A DNA stretch of 63,471 bases, the filler included, from Reticulomyxa filosa (lineage: Eukaryota; Protista; Foraminifera), in assembly GCA_000512085.1 (NCBI GenBank). It is 14 parts of 14 records of this genome, joined end to end, with 100 filler letters (N's around TTAATTAATTAA, not from the genome) between each part and the next. Parts side by side here need not be neighbours in the genome. Positions count along the whole stretch, not along the records: positions 62,299 to 63,471 come from ASPP01002980.1; 13 more parts are not named here. The stretch is one strand, 5' to 3'. The position numbers were made by a program, and so were the translations under genes. Below are positions 63,040-63,471 of the stretch, piece by piece. The notes beneath the pieces were generated by a model. The model saw only the letters and a program-made list of their open reading frames with translations. It ran no database searches and was not told where the DNA came from. The stretch's first letter is position 1; each line of letters starts with the position of its first letter.

Positions 63040-63471
63040 TGAATATTTGAGAATATATTTAAAAGATAATACAAAATGGATATTAGAACATTGGATTCGA
63101 AAATATAATATAAAATTTAGATATATTAACGAGTTTGATAAACTCGTTGTGTTATATCTTTTTTTTAAATATAAAAACATTCAAATGTTGATTTGATATA
63201 GTTATATTATATATTTATGTTCGACAAGTTTTATAATTATATAAATTAATCAATAAATTTATTAGACATCAATGCTATAATTATATCATTGATTGTATAA
63301 CATTTGGTGATTCCAATTCATTTGTTCTGTTTATTTTGTTAAATTTTCATCATATCATTATCAAAATTATGATAAAAATGTCATTTGTTCTTCATCATCG
63401 GATAAAACCATTCGTTTTTGGGATATTCGATCAAATAAGAATGAATTATATGTGATTGATGGAGATAATCT
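63040..63471 (+). pseudogene. Decayed, internally deleted HW-box WD40 gene
   Basis: KWILEHWIRKYNIKFRYINEFDKLVVLY, then VKFSSYHYQNYDKNVICSSSSDKTIRFWDIRSNKNELYVIDGDN; GT donor after the box is lost. Confidence 0.8.

Noticed and set aside
1-63471. CRISPR arrays, rRNA, tRNA, telomeric arrays, alternative nuclear genetic code
   Set aside because: No repeat-spacer arrays or recognisable RNA genes seen by eye; intact genes end in TAA, TAG and TGA with no in-frame stops needing reassignment

Overview
AT-rich eukaryotic (protist) genomic DNA made of 14 draft contigs joined by artificial N..TTAATTAATTAA..N linkers. The gene families strongly recall the foraminiferan Reticulomyxa filosa (inference from my recognition of the families; no search run). 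Genes use the standard code and GT-AG introns. Housekeeping genes: COG7, an MRS2/CorA Mg2+ channel, DLD, PEX4, a Qa-syntaxin and a non-specific phospholipase C. Other genes: a vWA protein, two SAM-domain proteins, an LDLa-HYR-TM receptor and an atypical PARP-like ART domain. Decayed sequence: ABC1 kinase and thimet oligopeptidase pseudogenes, a Gypsy integrase remnant, a Tc1 remnant, a long CRE-clade RLE retrotransposon and an APE-LINE fragment. The standout signal is a 33-34 aa motif (I..II.HW.R...IKLGWI..FDK.V..Y) found five times on different contigs. In four copies it is its own phase-0/phase-0 exon, attached to WD40 propellers and, once, between a Kelch and a WD40 propeller. It is a candidate undescribed exon-shuffled adaptor box, possibly a cullin-E3 substrate-receptor system. 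Many single-base frameshifts in homopolymers look like sequencing errors.
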